This document shows, piece by piece, positions 62,671-64,000 of a stretch of 64,000 bases of DNA. Position 1 is the first letter of the stretch; each line of letters starts with the position of its first letter. Both the position numbers and the translations under genes were made by a program. The stretch lies in contig OZ218778.1 of NCBI GenBank assembly GCA_965112635.1, positions 1,152,001 through 1,216,000 of the forward strand, read 5' to 3'. Under the pieces are notes generated by a model, which was given only the letters and a program-made list of their open reading frames with translations, did no database searches and was not told where the DNA came from. This DNA is from an uncultured bacterium. GTDB taxonomy: Bacteria > Oederibacteriota > Oederibacteriia > Oederibacteriales > Oederibacteriaceae.

Positions 62671-63504
62671 GTGAGAAAGAAACTGCTGGTCTTATTTTTA
62701 TTGTTCTGGCCTTTCCTGGTTGCAGGGGCCGGAGCAGATAATTTGTCCGGGGTGACCCTGACCGCAACCTCTCAGGACTACGGTTTGAGGGGCTGGGGCC
62801 TGGCCGGAGACATCGTGGGAGACTGGGGGGATATGGGCATGAGTCCCCTGGGTGTCAGGTTGGAGCATATTCCAATGTTGGCCCTGTGTGGGGGGGCGCT
62901 CTGGGTCACTATGAACAACGATCTGGCCCTTTACCAAAACATTCAAAGCATCCGGAATGGGGCAGGGGGCAATGACGGCCTGATGAACGGCTGGACCGAA
63001 CTGGGCGACGGTTACGTGGATGTGGCCGGATGCGGTCTGCTCTATGTGCTCGGAGGCAACAGGGATAAAAGGACAGCGGAGTTGAGCCTGGAGGGGCTGG
63101 CGGACACGGGCGTTGCCGTGCTGGTCCTGAAAAATGTTTTCGGGGCCACCCGGCCCAGCCAATTGTCCGGAAAAAGGGACTGGTTCAATGACGGCGAGGC
63201 CCAGTATGACGCCGGTTTTCCCTCAGGGCACACGGCCGCGGCGTTCTGCCTGGGGACCGTGCTCGGCAGGGCCTACCATCTGGAATGGCTGACCTATCCC
63301 CTGGCCACGGGCGTGGCTTTTTCACGGGTGTATCTTTCAGAACACTGGCCTTCGGACACGCTGGCCGGAGCCCTGCTGGGATATTGGATCGGCGACATGG
63401 TCTGGCAAAAAAGAGGGGGAACCTTGCGCCAGGGGCTTTCCCTGGGGGTTAGTTTGAGGGAAGAAACCCCTGTGCTCGTTTTAAGCGGTGATTTCAGCAT
63501 TTAA
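62671..63504 (+). CDS. PAP2-family phosphatase
   Basis: K..FGATRP, FPSGH, SRVYLSEHWPSD. Confidence 0.88.
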   Translation: MRKKLLVLFLLFWPFLVAGAGADNLSGVTLTATSQDYGLRGWGLAGDIVGDWGDMGMSPLGVRLEHIPMLALCGGALWVTMNNDLALYQNIQSIRNGAGGNDGLMNGWTELGDGYVDVAGCGLLYVLGGNRDKRTAELSLEGLADTGVAVLVLKNVFGATRPSQLSGKRDWFNDGEAQYDAGFPSGHTAAAFCLGTVLGRAYHLEWLTYPLATGVAFSRVYLSEHWPSDTLAGALLGYWIGDMVWQKRGGTLRQGLSLGVSLREETPVLVLSGDFSI

Positions 63505-63598
63505 AAGGTGTAGAATACACCTTATTCCAAAGTTTCGCATATACCCGTTTTGCCTTTTGTATCGTTCCTGAAAGCCAAGGCGGATGAGGGAGGATCCT

Positions 63599-64000
63599 TT
63601 GAAAAACAAAAAGATCTGGGTAGGGTTACTCGTCCTGCTTCTGATATTGCCCACCTTTTTCACGGTGCCGGCCCTATGGAAGGTCAGCAGGGCTGTAGGC
63701 AGCAGTATCTACGACAACCTGGAACCTTTCAGCCAGGCCCTCACCCTGATCCAGAGCGACTATGTCGACAAGGACAAAACGGATTCCAAGAAGCTCATCT
63801 ACGGCGCCATCAAGGGCATGGTGGACACCCTGGATCCGTTCAGCCAGTTCATGGACCCGGATGCCTATAAGGACCTGATGTCCGAGACCAAGGGTTCTTT
63901 CGGGGGGATAGGCATCGAGATCGCTGTCCGGGAAAGCATCTTGACCGTCATCGCCCCCATCGACGGCACTCCGGCTGACAAGGCCGGGATCAAGGCCGGC
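63599..64000 (+). CDS. ctpA: S41 carboxy-terminal protease (CtpA/Prc-like), partial; runs off the window
   Basis: GGAGG RBS and TTG start; translates to MKNKKIW...YGAIKGMVDTLDPFSQF...FGGIGIEI...IAPIDGTPADKAGIKAG; not in the ORF track. Confidence 0.88.
   Translation, partial: MKNKKIWVGLLVLLLILPTFFTVPALWKVSRAVGSSIYDNLEPFSQALTLIQSDYVDKDKTDSKKLIYGAIKGMVDTLDPFSQFMDPDAYKDLMSETKGSFGGIGIEIAVRESILTVIAPIDGTPADKAGIKAG

Noticed and set aside
63550-63870. 106-aa ORF in the track
   Set aside because: Wrong frame; the real gene is the S41 protease starting at TTG 63599 and running off the window.

Overview
64-kb bacterial chromosome segment, diderm-like (TolC, TolB, lipoprotein genes), with a GC-rich core and an AT-richer accessory block. 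Left part: a secreted glycoside-hydrolase-like gene; an RND pump with an unusual in-frame TetR-TolC fusion and its palindromic operators; a gnd-HAD-pfp-larA-like carbon operon; yecD-like, mgtA, GH5, pdxB and pckG; four tRNAs; TPR, TolB-like and VanW genes; rplM-PilZ-rpsI; an M23 peptidase. Middle: a PyrR-attenuated pyrimidine operon (pyrR-B-C-carA-carB-pyrK-pyrD-rlpA-pyrF-pyrE), a DUF3109-like gene, mutM and uvrB. At the uvrB 3' end an accessory island begins. It holds an AbiEi/AbiEii type IV TA module bracketed by a duplicated uvrB 3' end, two RHS toxin/immunity modules each followed by a copy of a ~170-bp repeat (one copy carrying two miniature insertions), and a secreted beta-propeller gene. 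Right part: a heparinase II/III-like lyase, two hemerythrins, uvrC, two GT-C/TPR membrane paralogs (the second frameshifted), URO-D-like and PAP2 genes, and a partial S41 protease. Several dispersed hairpin elements occur in intergenic regions. No CRISPR array, rRNA, integrase or intact transposase was seen. All product calls come from motif recognition by eye; no database search was run.
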